A stretch of 33,313 nucleotides of DNA from Acanthaster planci (taxonomy: Eukaryota), in NCBI RefSeq assembly GCF_001949145.1, contig NW_019091356.1:2081746-2115058 (forward strand). The letters are read 5' to 3'. The notes beneath the pieces are model-generated. The model was not told where the DNA came from and did not search any database. It was given only the letters and a program-made list of their open reading frames with translations. The position numbers and the translations under genes are program-made. The stretch's first letter is position 1, and each line of letters starts with the position of its first letter. Positions 1 to 11,600 of this stretch are shown in pieces.

Positions 1-638
1 CACCTTGTGGGAAGCACAGTGAAAAGATCCCCATTTATTGGACCAAGATTCGGCCCAGCTTACCCACTGAGAAACAACATTGACAGGTGGGGAGGAAGGA
101 GGCATGTTCCAACAAGATTTGTCCAGGATTGTAGTATGGTTATCTGATGAAGGCATTCTGAAAAATTCCAATTTTTACACTTGCTGTAACAACTGAACTA
201 TTATAACTCATCTCAAATAATCCTATTGTTATCCCTAAATCAGTGTTTTAGTCTGAAAACTCATGATATTGTTATTTTGTAACATTTGGAAATACATGTA
301 CACAGCTATAGAGAGGTTGAAGGTAGGAATCACTGTGATCCGACCAGGCCACAGGCAAATAGGCTAGATTTCTCACCATGGGGAATCCCCGTAGCACGCA
401 ATGCACTGATCTAAAAACAGCACACACACCATGGCTGTGTTATAAGAAAACTGAACCATGGGCACGAGACAGTCCTTGGTTCATTGTGTCAATGTGTATT
501 TATTTATGCACAGATCCAAAGCATTTTGGGTATATACATGTATGTATTAAGGGTATGAATCATCAACTTATGTCCTGTCATTGAGTCACGACTTGGAGCA
601 GAATTTGTTCTTCCCAAGTGGGTGTGTTTGTTTTCAAG

Positions 639-1100
639 GTCCCAAAATTAAGCCCTAATAACAAAAATATTAACTGGGAAACTGTATTGATGGAGATTTT
701 CAAACAAGAGGATAATTACGGCTGGAGGACAGCATTAAAACACATTGTTAGCAACCAGCACATATCTGACACTCATCACCAATACCTTGAGCTTCACAAC
801 TGTGAAGACGTCGAATATGTTGAATATCAACTACTGCAAGCCTGGGAAAACTCAACTTGGATTCTCTATCATCACTGGCGGGACGGTGCGAAGGACAGGT
901 TGACCAGGATACTCCAAAATAACGGCAAAACAAACTTGGTGGAACTGGTGCAGGGTATATCAGATGACAACAGGCAGGGATACGCTTGGTTGAAACTTGT
1001 GCTAAAAGCACTACGCATCGAAAACAGGGTGGAGTGGTCAGGACAGCGCATTATTGCAGATTATCATGCCGCACGAAAGCTAAAGCAGAGTTACCTATAA
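639..1100 (+). CDS. AID/APOBEC-like deaminase paralog 1, terminal coding exon (C-terminal Trp-rich region only; no deaminase core visible in the window)
   Basis: Aligns by eye to the C-terminal halves of the 6572-7333 and 14683-15648 proteins: NWETVLMEIFKQEDNYGWRTALKHI, YQLLQAWENSTWILYHHWRD, NRQGYAWLKLVLKAL, RIIADY. A splice acceptor gtttgttttcaag ends at 638 in phase 0, so the track's GTG start at 618 is probably intronic. Confidence 0.7.
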   Translation, partial: VPKLSPNNKNINWETVLMEIFKQEDNYGWRTALKHIVSNQHISDTHHQYLELHNCEDVEYVEYQLLQAWENSTWILYHHWRDGAKDRLTRILQNNGKTNLVELVQGISDDNRQGYAWLKLVLKALRIENRVEWSGQRIIADYHAARKLKQSYL

Positions 1101-1384
1101 AGAGTTACAACTGGTATCCATATGCTGTAGCATTCTATTGCACATGCAGCGTACAAGGATGACCTCTTATACCAGTTTTGTAGTTGAAATAACACTTTTC
1201 ATTAAATAATGGTCTGAAAGACCATGCACACCATGTTAGCCCTGGACCCCCCATACATTCATATGCAACATTTGAAAAATTCCATTTTCTTAACTTTGTG
1301 TAAAGGCCAAGCACTTGGTCAAGTTGTACCTTTCTCTGACAGATAATCTAATACCTACATGTAACTGTCTGATATTCAAATGAT

Positions 1385-1685
1385 GCAGCGGGTACCGCGA
1401 ACTATTTTCAAGATGTATTTTTGCGTTGGGGAGATGGGTACCCGCTGCTTCATTTGACTCGGACCGGCCAGCCGACCCCGGCAAGCTCGGTGCTTGAGAG
1501 GTTAAGACGTCTGCACTAGTAAGCAGGAAGTCGTGGGTTCAAGTCCCACCCGAGTAAGCTTGTGAATTTTTTCGCAAGCTCTCGGACAAGCACTGAGCAT
1601 ACAGTGTTTATTAATACATACGTTGGGCGAGGGCAAAACCCGGTATAAATTAACATCTCCCCATCACAAAAATACATCTTGAAAA
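1385..1685 (+). mobile_element. tRNA-Thr(AGT)-derived repeat, copy 1, with inverted 5' segment
   Basis: tRNA-like core at 1485-1555: GCTCGG/CCGAGT acceptor stem, CTAGTAA anticodon-type loop, GGTTCAAGTCC B-box. Segment 1385-1436 is the reverse complement of the element's own end/start junction. Related copies at 3655-3922 and 28731-28957. Confidence 0.7.
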
Positions 1686-2818
1686 ATTCTACACACTCAT
1701 ATAGAACTCGGTAATAAAGCGCCAAACAAGACTCTTGGCACTGTGAAAACTTAAAACAAATAAAGCTTGAAATGAAAATATCCTATTTGCTTTTCAGTAT
1801 CTATCCTTCCAGTGCACTTTAGAAATGCTGGAACTTTTGATCCATTTTACTTTAAAAACAAATATGAGAGTGGTGTATGGAACAGAGTGATATCTCACTG
1901 ATCTGTGAAATTGCTGGTCATGCATGGTCGCCTGTTAACTGGCTAAACATTACTGTGCACATACTGAAGCTGGAAAGTACCTCGGTGAGAAATGTCATTC
2001 ACTGGATTCTAATGTGCGAAACAATCTTTCAAGCCCCGCCCAATAATGATGACATCAGTTTAAATAGCTCACTAACTGCACATGCAAAATTATGGCCTAC
2101 TTGTCAAAATTTGTCAAATTTGGACACCAATTACGTAGACGTTTCTGTACATGGGGCTTCCCCCTCCCCCAAAGTATAAGTTTTGCAAGACTGACTGTCC
2201 CTGCAATTTTACCCATGAAACCCCTACTGTCTTTCACATTCCAACTTCTTATCATGCTTCTGCTCATAAATCATCTTCATTAGCATTTTCCAACAAACGT
2301 GTGAAGCTGTGATTAGCGGCAACTTCAGTAGTAAGGTAAGGTTTCTATTGATACGTGATAACAAATTTATCTTCAAGCAAACTTGACAGTAAAGAAAGTA
2401 AAGGGAACTGTGCACGCTTTCCATAAAAAACAAACAGTAACACCAATGTACCACAATTCTGCTATTTTATCTAGGGTGCATGGGAATTATTCGTGTTTTA
2501 ACTGATTTTAATAGCAACAATAACAACAGGGCTTACACTAAGAAAGGAAATTGTTCAGATTGTAAGTGCGTTTAAACACGTGATGATCAACATGGGCAAA
2601 CACACCACTTTTGAATCACGCAGATGTGTATTTGCTTTTAGCGTAAAAATTGCACAAAACATTCAGTTAGAACAATGCATAACACAGGGTTTGATATGAA
2701 CTGTGCAAAATGGTTACATCACACTGCTTGTTGCTATGGATCGACCAATCAGAATTGAGAATTTAAGTCTGCCTGAAGTGTAATATTTTGAACCGTTCAT
2801 AAAACGCCTTGAAAAGCT
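1438..2818. repeat. Segmental duplication, copy A
   Basis: Near-identical to 3676-5519 except that about 485 bp (4587-5071) is absent here. Ends at a single N (2819). Confidence 0.9.
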
Positions 2819-3654
2819 NATTGTACTGCACCTTGATGACAAGAACAGGAACCTATATCGATCATTCTAGTGTCGACCAGTTTATGGGTGGAATACTGTG
2901 AAAACCTTAAACAACTCTACACAATACCGTGTGGTATGCACCCATGGTCAAAAGCCCAGAGACTGTACCCCTTGGACAGTGTTAGCCTATTGGAGTAGGC
3001 CTATATTGACATACACAGCATGGGTAAGAGGGTTACATTACAAGCAAGACTAGGAAAACGAAAACAAAAATCAGCAGCGATTTTACTGTACCCAACATCT
3101 TAAAGCTAGAGAACACCGTAAATTTGGGATCATCCTACTGAACAGGACTGGACATGTCCAGTTGTTTGCTGTCCGTTTATGAATCAGTGCAGTGACACCA
3201 TGGAGAGTCCACCCATTTAAAGCTATAAATGTACATGAGCAAGACAAAATCACAAAACGCTCCCTACACCAATGGAATATTCCCGTTACTCATTTTATGC
3301 TAATGAGCGGCATGTAGGGCTAAATCCGGCCTTGTGATTGGTCGAGAGGCTGCGAAAACTTGGCAGAATATTCTGGCCAGACCTTGGGCACTACTAATGT
3401 GTCCCTAACTCATTTTCATAACTAGAAATCACTTTAGTGTGATCATACTGTTGATACTCAAAAACGATATCAAAGCCACTCCCAGTCATAACTGTAATTA
3501 TTACACACACACACACATGTAAAGGCCAATGTGTACATAAGGCAAGCTGCTTACAGTGCAGTGCGGCATAAGAGAGGGAAATACAGTTCCTTGGTGCAGT
3601 CTGGCCTGTGCCTACTGGATCAGTCTATTGAAAGACTAAATTCTATACAAAAAG

Positions 3655-3922
3655 TACATCTTGAAATAGTTCGCAGTACTCGCTGCTACACCTGACTCGG
3701 ACCGGCCAGCCGACCATGGCAAGCTTGGTGCTCGAGTGGGTAAGACGTCTGCACTAATAAGCAGGAGGTTGTGGGTTCGAGTCCCACCCAACTAAGCTTG
3801 TGAATTTTTTTGCAAGCTCTCGGACAAGCACTGAGCATAAAGTGTTTATTAATACATACGTTGAGTAAGGGCAAAACCTGTTATAAATTAACATCTCCCC
3901 ATTGCAAAATACATCTTGAAAA
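3655..3922 (+). mobile_element. tRNA-Thr-derived repeat, copy 2
   Basis: Same core as copy 1 with B-box GGTTCGAGTCC. Bounded by the direct repeat tacatcttgaaa at 3655 and 3910. Confidence 0.7.
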
Positions 3923-5519
3923 ATTCTACACACTCACGTAGAACTCGGTAATAAGGCACAACACAAGACTCTTGGCACTGTGAAAACTTAAAACAAATAA
4001 AGCTTGAAATGAAAATATCCTATTTGCTTTTCAGTGTCTATCCTTCCAGTGCAGTTTAGAAATGCTGGAACTTTTGATCCATTTCACTTTAAAAACAAAT
4101 ATGAGAGTGGTGTATGGGACAGAGTGATATCTCACTGCTCTGTGAAAGTGCTGGTCATGCATGGCAGCCTGTTAACTGGCTAAACATTGCTGTGCACATA
4201 CTGAAACTGGAAAGTACCTCGGTGAGAAATGCCATTCACTGGATTCTAATGTGTGAAACAATCCTTCAAGCCCCGCCCAATAATGACATCAGTTGAAAGA
4301 GCTCACTAACTGCATATGCAAAATTATGGCCTACTTGTCAAAATTTGTCAAATTTGGACACCAATTATGTAGATGTTTCTGTACATGGGGCTTCCCCCTC
4401 CCCCAAAGTATAAGTTTTGCAATACTGACTGTCCCTGCAATTTTACCCATGAAACCCCTACTGTGTTCCACTTTATAACTTCTTATCATGCTTCTGCTCA
4501 TAAATCATGTCCATTAGCATTTTCCAACAAACTTGAGAAGCTGTGATTAGAGCAACTTCAGTAGCAAGGCAAGGTTTCTATTGATAGTTTTACTCGATCA
4601 TTCTGGAGAAAGAGTAAAATTTCCTTTAGGACTAGGCAACTGTAAACTAACAAAAACTCTTCCAATACAGGAACATTTGCAATGCAATTATAGCTATTAC
4701 ACCAGATTCACTTTAAAAAAGATGGAACCCTTCCAAAAGCACATAAAAGGTAATTTTTACTAAAAATACACATTTTGTCTTCCTGGTGTTTTGGGGGGAG
4801 GGTAATAAATTGCCTTTTCAGTGTGGACAATTTTTCATTCAAATTAATGAAGTATTTTGATAATTCTCTCAAACTAAAACATTTTAATCCCATTGAAGTT
4901 GACGAACTAGTCCCCTCGGGAACTAATATCAACAATTCAACCACAAACTGTATATTAGTTATCACACGAGCGTGAGTTGAACACGAAATAATGTTGTGCA
5001 TGTGTCCGGTATGCCAAATACCGAGTGGTATACAGGACACAGATGCACTACATTATTCTTTGGTCAGTGAGCGTGATAACAAATTTATCTTCTATTTTAT
5101 CTATAAGGGAACTATACACGCTTTCCATAAAAAAGAAACAGTAACACCAATGTACCACAATTCTGCTATTTTATATAGGGTGTATGGGAATTATTTGTGT
5201 TTTAACTGATTTTAATAGGAACAATAACAGGGCTTACACTAACAAAGGAAATTGTTCAAATTGTAAGTGCGTTTAAACACGTGATCATCAACATGGGCAA
5301 ACACACCACTTTTGAATCACGCAGATGTGTATTTGCTTTTAGCGTAGAAATTGCACAAAACATTCAGTTAGAACAATGCATAACACAGGGTTTGATATGA
5401 ACTGTGCGATATGGTTATATCACACTGCTTGTTGCTATGGATCGACCAATCAGAATTGAGAATTTAAGTTTGCCTGAAGTGTAATATTTTGAACCGTTCA
5501 TAAAACGCCTTGAAAAGTT
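3676..5519. repeat. Segmental duplication, copy B
   Basis: Near-identical to 1438-2818 and ends at a single N (5520) at the equivalent position. Confidence 0.9.
4958..5080. mobile_element. Fold-back (palindromic) MITE-like element
   Basis: Termini gttatcac...gtgataac. Internal arm aataatgttgtgcatgtgtccggtatgcca is close to the reverse complement of tggtatacaggacacagatgcactacattatt. Confidence 0.55.
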
Positions 5520-5685
5520 NGTAATTGGTAGTTGACCCTTCACTCACACTGACAGTGAGGGAACCCTCCCAGGAGATGCTGACATCTAATTTAAAATTTG
5601 TGTTGCCATTAAAACCTTTCATTTTCCTCCCCAGCGACACAACTGTCATACTCCACATAACTGGTTTTTTTTGCTTCTATTTCAG

Positions 5686-5774
5686 AAGATTTTCTGCCGG
5701 GATTTCGTTCACCTCTGCTAAGGATTCGGAGGTTTCTGTCCTGATTTTTCTGGAGTACTCCTTTCTCTGAAAAG
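5686..5774 (+). other. Candidate upstream (probably 5'UTR) exon of deaminase paralog 2
   Basis: Strong acceptor tttttttgcttctatttcag before 5686 and donor aag|gtaagg after 5774, about 260 bp upstream of the gap that holds the paralog-2 N-terminus. Confidence 0.4.
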
Positions 5775-6571
5775 GTAAGGCATCTATGCTTTTTTTTGTT
5801 TCTTTTTTTTATATTTATAAGTACATTTTATTTGAGAGGGGTGTAATTTCTCTAAACTTTCAAGAACACATCTCTTTTAAGAAAATCTAACACCATTTAT
5901 CTGGAAATGCAACACTTTATTTTACAGGATATTTCATCGAGACTTTCTTTATTGATGTTCTGTTTCATTCCACAGTTATACTTTGCAATGTGGATAAAAC
6001 AGCTGAATATTAGAAAATTGGAAAAATTTCACAATTNNNNNNNNNNNNNNNNNNNNNNNNNNNNNNNNNNNNNNNNNNNNNNNNNNNNNNNNNNNNNNNN
6101 NNNNNNNNNNNNNNNNNNNNNNNNNNNNNNNNNNNNNNNNNNNNNNNNNNNNNNNNNNNNNNNNNNNNNNNNNNNNNNNNNNNNNNNNNNNNNNNNNNNN
6201 NNNNNNNNNNNNNNNNNNNNNNNNNNNNNNNNNNNNNNNNNNNNNNNNNNNNNNNNNNNNNNNNNNNNNNNNNNNNNNNNNNNNNNNNNNNNNNNNNNNN
6301 NNNNNNNNNNNNNNNNNNNNNNNNNNNNNNNNNNNNNNNNNNNNNNNNNNNNNNNNNNNNNNNNNNNNNNNNNNNNNNNNNNNNNNNNNNNNNNNNNNNN
6401 NNNNNNNNNNNNNNNNNNNNNNNNNNNNNNNNNNNNNNNNNNNNNNNNNNNNNNNNNNNNNNNNNNNNNNNNNNNNNNNNNNNNNNNNNNNNNNNNNNNN
6501 NNNNNNNNNNNNNNNNNNNNNNNNNNNNNNNNNNNNNNNNNNNNNNNNNNNNNNNNNNNNNNNNNNNNNNN

Positions 6572-7333
6572 TCACCCTGTTCTGAGTGTGCTGGAGAAAT
6601 ACTGCAATATGCACAAACCTATTCTGACATTCAATTCACCTTTAAATTTGCCTTCCTCTATCACCCAAACCAATGGGCCCACCACAAAGGGTCAGTGAAA
6701 CTAATGAATGCGCCAAACATCACTCTGGAAGCAATGCAAGGGAAGGACTGGAAAGTAGTTATACAGAAGATTCTTGAATATCACGGGAGGAGATACTGGA
6801 GGACAGTCTTGGACCAAATTCGACAGGTGCCTGGACGGGAAGTCTTGGCGCAAGAGATTCTCAGATGTCACGGGGGAGATGAATGGGACATTGTCTTGAG
6901 GCAGATTCTGAAGTATGAAAGTCGACAAGGCTGGAGAATGGCATGTTCACAAATTCTAAGACACAGTGCTGAAAGGGAGGCTGAATTGGAAGTGTTTCTC
7001 CAGGGTCTCAGAGATCCCCTTATCTACAGCACAACGGCCAAAATGGTCCACACGTATCAGCTACATGTTTGGGAGCAATCAAGTAGAATTCTCTATTATC
7101 ACTCTAGGGATCGCATGTACAATAAATTGACTCAGAGTCTCTGGAACTGGGGGATAGAAAATCTTAGCGCTTTGGCTTCCATGATGCCCCATCATCACAG
7201 AAAGAGTTACACTTGGTTAAAGCTGGTGTTAAGTGCATTAGGGATTGAAAAGAGATACATCTGGCCAGGGCGGAGAATGATTGCAGATTATGTCACATTA
7301 TGCACAAAGGAGAAAATGCAACATATGCGTTGA
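6572..7333 (+). CDS. AID/APOBEC-like cytidine deaminase paralog 2 (5'-partial; N-terminus in the gap 6037-6571)
   Basis: The frame of ORF 6695-7333 stays open back to the gap edge and reads SPCSECAGEILQYAQTYSDIQFTFKFAFLYHPNQWAHHKGSVKLMNAPNITLEAMQGKDW. This is the SPCxxC zinc motif plus downstream core elements, colinear with paralog 3, followed by W-x15-W repeats and RMIADY. Confidence 0.85.
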   Translation, partial: SPCSECAGEILQYAQTYSDIQFTFKFAFLYHPNQWAHHKGSVKLMNAPNITLEAMQGKDWKVVIQKILEYHGRRYWRTVLDQIRQVPGREVLAQEILRCHGGDEWDIVLRQILKYESRQGWRMACSQILRHSAEREAELEVFLQGLRDPLIYSTTAKMVHTYQLHVWEQSSRILYYHSRDRMYNKLTQSLWNWGIENLSALASMMPHHHRKSYTWLKLVLSALGIEKRYIWPGRRMIADYVTLCTKEKMQHMR

Positions 7334-7756
7334 AACTAGATCAACAGCCATTATTTTCTTTCATGCCCGCATGTGCATTTGTGCACAAAGTTTGTAACCA
7401 CGCAGGTTTCCATGTACATGCACCATATTATAAGAATACATGTTCATGTATATACATACTGGTAACATAGTTGTGGGAGCCTGCGTGTTTCACATAGATC
7501 TGGATCTCAATCAGTGGTCCCAATGCTGGTTCCCACCATCCATTTGGTGGATTCTGGTGTCAGTGAACCAACTGATTACTGATCTACAGAAGATCCATGT
7601 GAAACAAACACGCAACCAGTCACAACTCGATATCCCCACGACTCGCTACCCAATTTCCAGGGTGTACATTGTGTCTCTGCCCCATAATTTTGAAAGACCT
7701 TTAGCCTGTTCAGTGGAATTACCCACAAAGATTTTGTTCTGGTTGACAGTTGTAAA

Positions 7757-8660
7757 GAAGTGATACCCTCTAATTTTAGAGCTGCATATTAAAAATAGTT
7801 AATGGTTTATGTTCACCGTCACCTTCAGTAGAAACTTGCTAAACAGTAGAAAAACTAGAAATTCAGTCATTTTCAAAATATAAGGTTATGTGACGACTTT
7901 GAATGATTTTCTTTTACAACAAACTTTAGTTCACAGTTCATAACATTCATTATGATGTACGGTTTATTAGTCCAGTGAGCCTTTTCTGCTTTGCCTCTTC
8001 TAAAGAACTCCTGCAAGTTGAAATATCAAACATTAATACACTACTTACTATTGACATTTTCTGCTGCCAAACAGGTTTAACAGCAATCCAAAATGCACCC
8101 AAAATTCTGGAGACAATTATTCATCTTTGCNGTTTTTATACATTTTTTCTGTGTTTTCCAATGGTATAACCAAACTCTTCTCAGAAGGTCGGCAAGTGGG
8201 AGGGGGGGGAGTTCCCACAGGGGTCAATTGCCCTAAACCCCTCCCCGGACTTCTGAGTTTGTATTGTGGACAGCTTTTTCAAGAACGTTGTAGACGAGGT
8301 CAATGTCTGCACTGAAGTAACTGGTTATCAACACACTAAAAATGGTATGGTGACAGTTCCCTCCCCCATTAAAAATTTTCAGTAATTTTCAGTTTTTCAG
8401 AGAGGGTGCAGGGGAAGAAGCACCACAGGGAGGGACAGTTCCCCCAACACACGCACACAGCTACGCCACTGCCATGTTTATAAGATCTGTAGGAGAATGT
8501 ATTCAAATTCTTATGTACAATTATGTGTGTTTTTAAATATTCACTCTTATTAATATCCCTATGAGAATTTAAATATGGTTGAGGAATAATAACTGGGTCT
8601 TTCAAGTGTAGTAATATATTCCTGAATAAAAACTACTTGAAAAGTATACTTTTTTGTCTT
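7757..8660. repeat. Older degenerate local duplication, copy 1 (copy 2 about 9609-10520)
   Basis: Shared blocks aagaagtgataccctct...gttcaccgtcacctt...gaaacttgc (about 7757 and 9609) and cctatgagaattt...atggttgaggaataat...caagtgtag (about 8558 and 10399), with an offset of about 1.85 kb. Confidence 0.75.
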
Positions 8661-11600
8661 TTCTCAACTCAACTTAGCTTTGGAAAATGAAGTCAATTTT
8701 AACGATGACCCAAAACATCAAATAAATCAACAAGTGGTCTGTGTATTGCTCATTTCCTCATGAGCCATAACCTTTACCAGAACTGCTGGAATGCCATGAA
8801 ACCCCAATCACATGACTGCTTCTTTGTCCCCTTGTTTACAGTAGGCCATTCCAGGTGCAAAGTTGTGCACGCATGAACCCATCTAACAAAGAACTGATAT
8901 GGTGAATAGGTTGATGCTGCAGTGGAAAGTTCATCTGCATGTATGAAGTTGACTATAAAACGGCAAATCTCATCAAAACATTCGAGTTGCATAACAGCAT
9001 TTTTGCAAGTCCCTCATGCTGAAAACTGGGATGCTGAAAACTGCTCCAATCAGAAACCAGCAATCCTGGAAGTCCCTCCCATTAAGACATCACTAGAAAG
9101 AACTGCCCAATTACAGCAGGGATGCTGGAAAATGCTCCAACACATCGCTATTACTTTCAGGGACGTGGCCACTCTTGATTGGCCACCTCAAACTGTGGGT
9201 AAGGAATAAATACCATTGCCGCTGTCTACTTCCCAGCAGTTTCAATCAGAAATCCAAGGCACATCAAACCAACACGTATGTGACACAGCGATACTTTACC
9301 ACTATAAGAGCCCCTAAAAAGACTACCTTCTCATCTGTTTTGGACGTGTTGCTTGTTCCTGGAGAGAAAGGTAAGCATCCCTCATTCTTTGAAATATCAC
9401 TCCTGTAGAAAGGTGATAATTTTTGCCACGTAGGGCACTGTAAATAGCCAAGGGGGGAAATCTCACCAAACCCAGCTTGGGTGGAGCAAAATGAGAAAAA
9501 CAAGATTATATTCACATATGTACCAATAAACAAGCTGAATTTAAGATTCTCATCATTTTCCAGCCAAAAAAGGATAGTGCTTTGCTCACTTATCTGACAG
9601 AGTGCTGAAAGAAGTGATACCCTCTCAGTTTAGAGCTGTACATTACAAAGAGTTAATGATTTAAAGTTCACCGTCACCTTAAGTGGAAACTTGCCAGATA
9701 GCAGAAAGCCCCTGCCCCATTGCTAAAACAGGAATAGTCGTTTTCAACATTTTGCATGATTTTCTTCTACCATGCACTTACGTTGATGGCTCGCGGCATT
9801 CGTTATAGTTTATGTTTCATTAGTCCAGAGTGAACTAATGTACTCTACCTCTCCTAAAGAACAGCTCCATACTTATACACAATGTATTACTAACGTCATG
9901 CTGCTGTAGAACAGGATGAAACAGTGTAGTGTTCGTTGTGTAGATTGACAGACAAGCACGCAGATCTGGGTTCACAGTGATTGTAATATCTCAACTCACA
10001 GAGAGGTCAAGCTGTGACCTATGGTGTCATAATACATAATGAGTACATGTATGGAGTGCCTGAGAGACAATACCACAAACAGCGATTCATAAATACCTCA
10101 GACATTCTCGCAAGCCGAAGTGCAACTTGACCATGTATTGATAATGCCCACAGAGAAGTGATAATGCCTGCTGCGTAATTTACACACTGGCAGCTGGATA
10201 CAAGACAGATTACTTGATTCTGATTGGTCAAGAGTGTGTATGGACAATTTGCACAAGAAATATTCCATAAAATGGATGGGCTCTTAGGAAAGGAAGAAAT
10301 TCATCTGATGTTGACTTCTTTTGACTCTGGCTAAAAATGTATGCACATGTATATGGGAATAAATGTGCGCTTGTTGGTCGGTGCCCGGTCTTAATTGTCC
10401 TATGAGAATTTTAAGGGTTTTTCTCAATGAATGGTTGAGGAATAATTATTGAGTTTTTCCAAGTGTAGCAATATTATTCATTAATAAAAAACTATGTTTT
10501 GTCTTTTCTCAATTCAAACTTTTGTCCTTGTAAAAAAGCACTAGTACTGTCATCATAACCTAAAAAAGAAACCTGACACCTAACAAGGAAATGATACGAC
10601 AAATGGGTTGATGTTGCAATAGAAGGAACAGCTTTGAAATTGGCTGCACAATGACATGTCTTGAAAACTACCCATGCAGCAAATCACGCCCACTATGATA
10701 TCACTGGAAAGCATGGACCAATCACATCGGCGACAGTGGTAACATAGCACTGTTAGCATTTTAAGTTGCAGAGTGTGAGAATCCCCTTTTGGTACAGGGA
10801 ACTCAAAATTGGAAGTGTCGTCAAAGTGCACAAAAAGTTTTGGGTCTCCGGCTGTTCTTCACCTTTCAGAGCTTACTGGCATTTCCGAATTTGCTGGCCT
10901 TTTAGTGCATTTCTTACACTACTACTGAACAATTTCATCATCACTACAATTGTGAACACATATTTAAACGTGACATAATGGAGTCTCTTGAACTGTCTGT
11001 TGGGTTTCACGTTACAAATGCATGCATGAACAAAAAGCTCATTTACATGCATTTAAGACGGGTCAATTTTGTGTGCTACAGGGAGGACAGTGACAGGATC
11101 TGTCTTCTGAACGCTTGAGGAAAATTAAGAAATTAAGATAAACTGATGAACCTGTGTACAAAGAATTAAATGAGGAATGTCTCATTGCAGAGTTTTGCAG
11201 AGTTCATTTTATTCGCTCTTTGGGTTTCGATCTATAGTAACATTACCTTGGTTCAAGACAGACGCTCAGTGCTTATTTCTCTCCTTTCAATGCGTGTTTG
11301 GCCTTATGCATGATCCATCTAAGTGTAGGACACATGGGCGTCAAATACTTTTCAAAATCACGAGAGCATAACATTGATTAGAAGTACTGGTAACATGAAC
11401 ACCAAGCCATTACATCCAGGGGGCCAGGGCTCACTTTAGGGCCTGGAAAATTTTTCATTCTATGTTTTGACATGCAATCTAGGGCAATTAGATCACTTTA
11501 ACTTCTTTTTCTTAGCAAATGGTTTGGCAAAAAAATTTTTATTTCTCACATAATTTTTATCTGAATTATGGATCAAATGCAGGCCTACTCCCACTACTTT

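Noticed and set aside
1..83. Frame 3 reads PCGKHSEKIPIY, loosely like PCxxCAxKI of the deaminases
   Set aside because: The second Cys is absent, downstream residues do not match, and a stop follows soon after. It may be chance or a very decayed remnant and cannot be supported.
1485..1555. Functional tRNA-Thr gene
   Set aside because: Imperfect stems, an extra base in the anticodon arm, and three diverged copies embedded in a shared larger repeat indicate a tRNA-derived element.
1877..2179. 100-aa ORF repeated at 4114-4296
   Set aside because: It lies in the non-coding duplication, the second copy is truncated by an indel, and it has no recognisable motif.
5907..6698. Long ORFs spanning N runs (also near 11.7-12.2, 18.6-19.6, 20.0-20.6 and 29.3-29.7 kb)
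   Set aside because: Artefacts of translating gaps. The real coding frame after the 6037-6571 gap is a different one.
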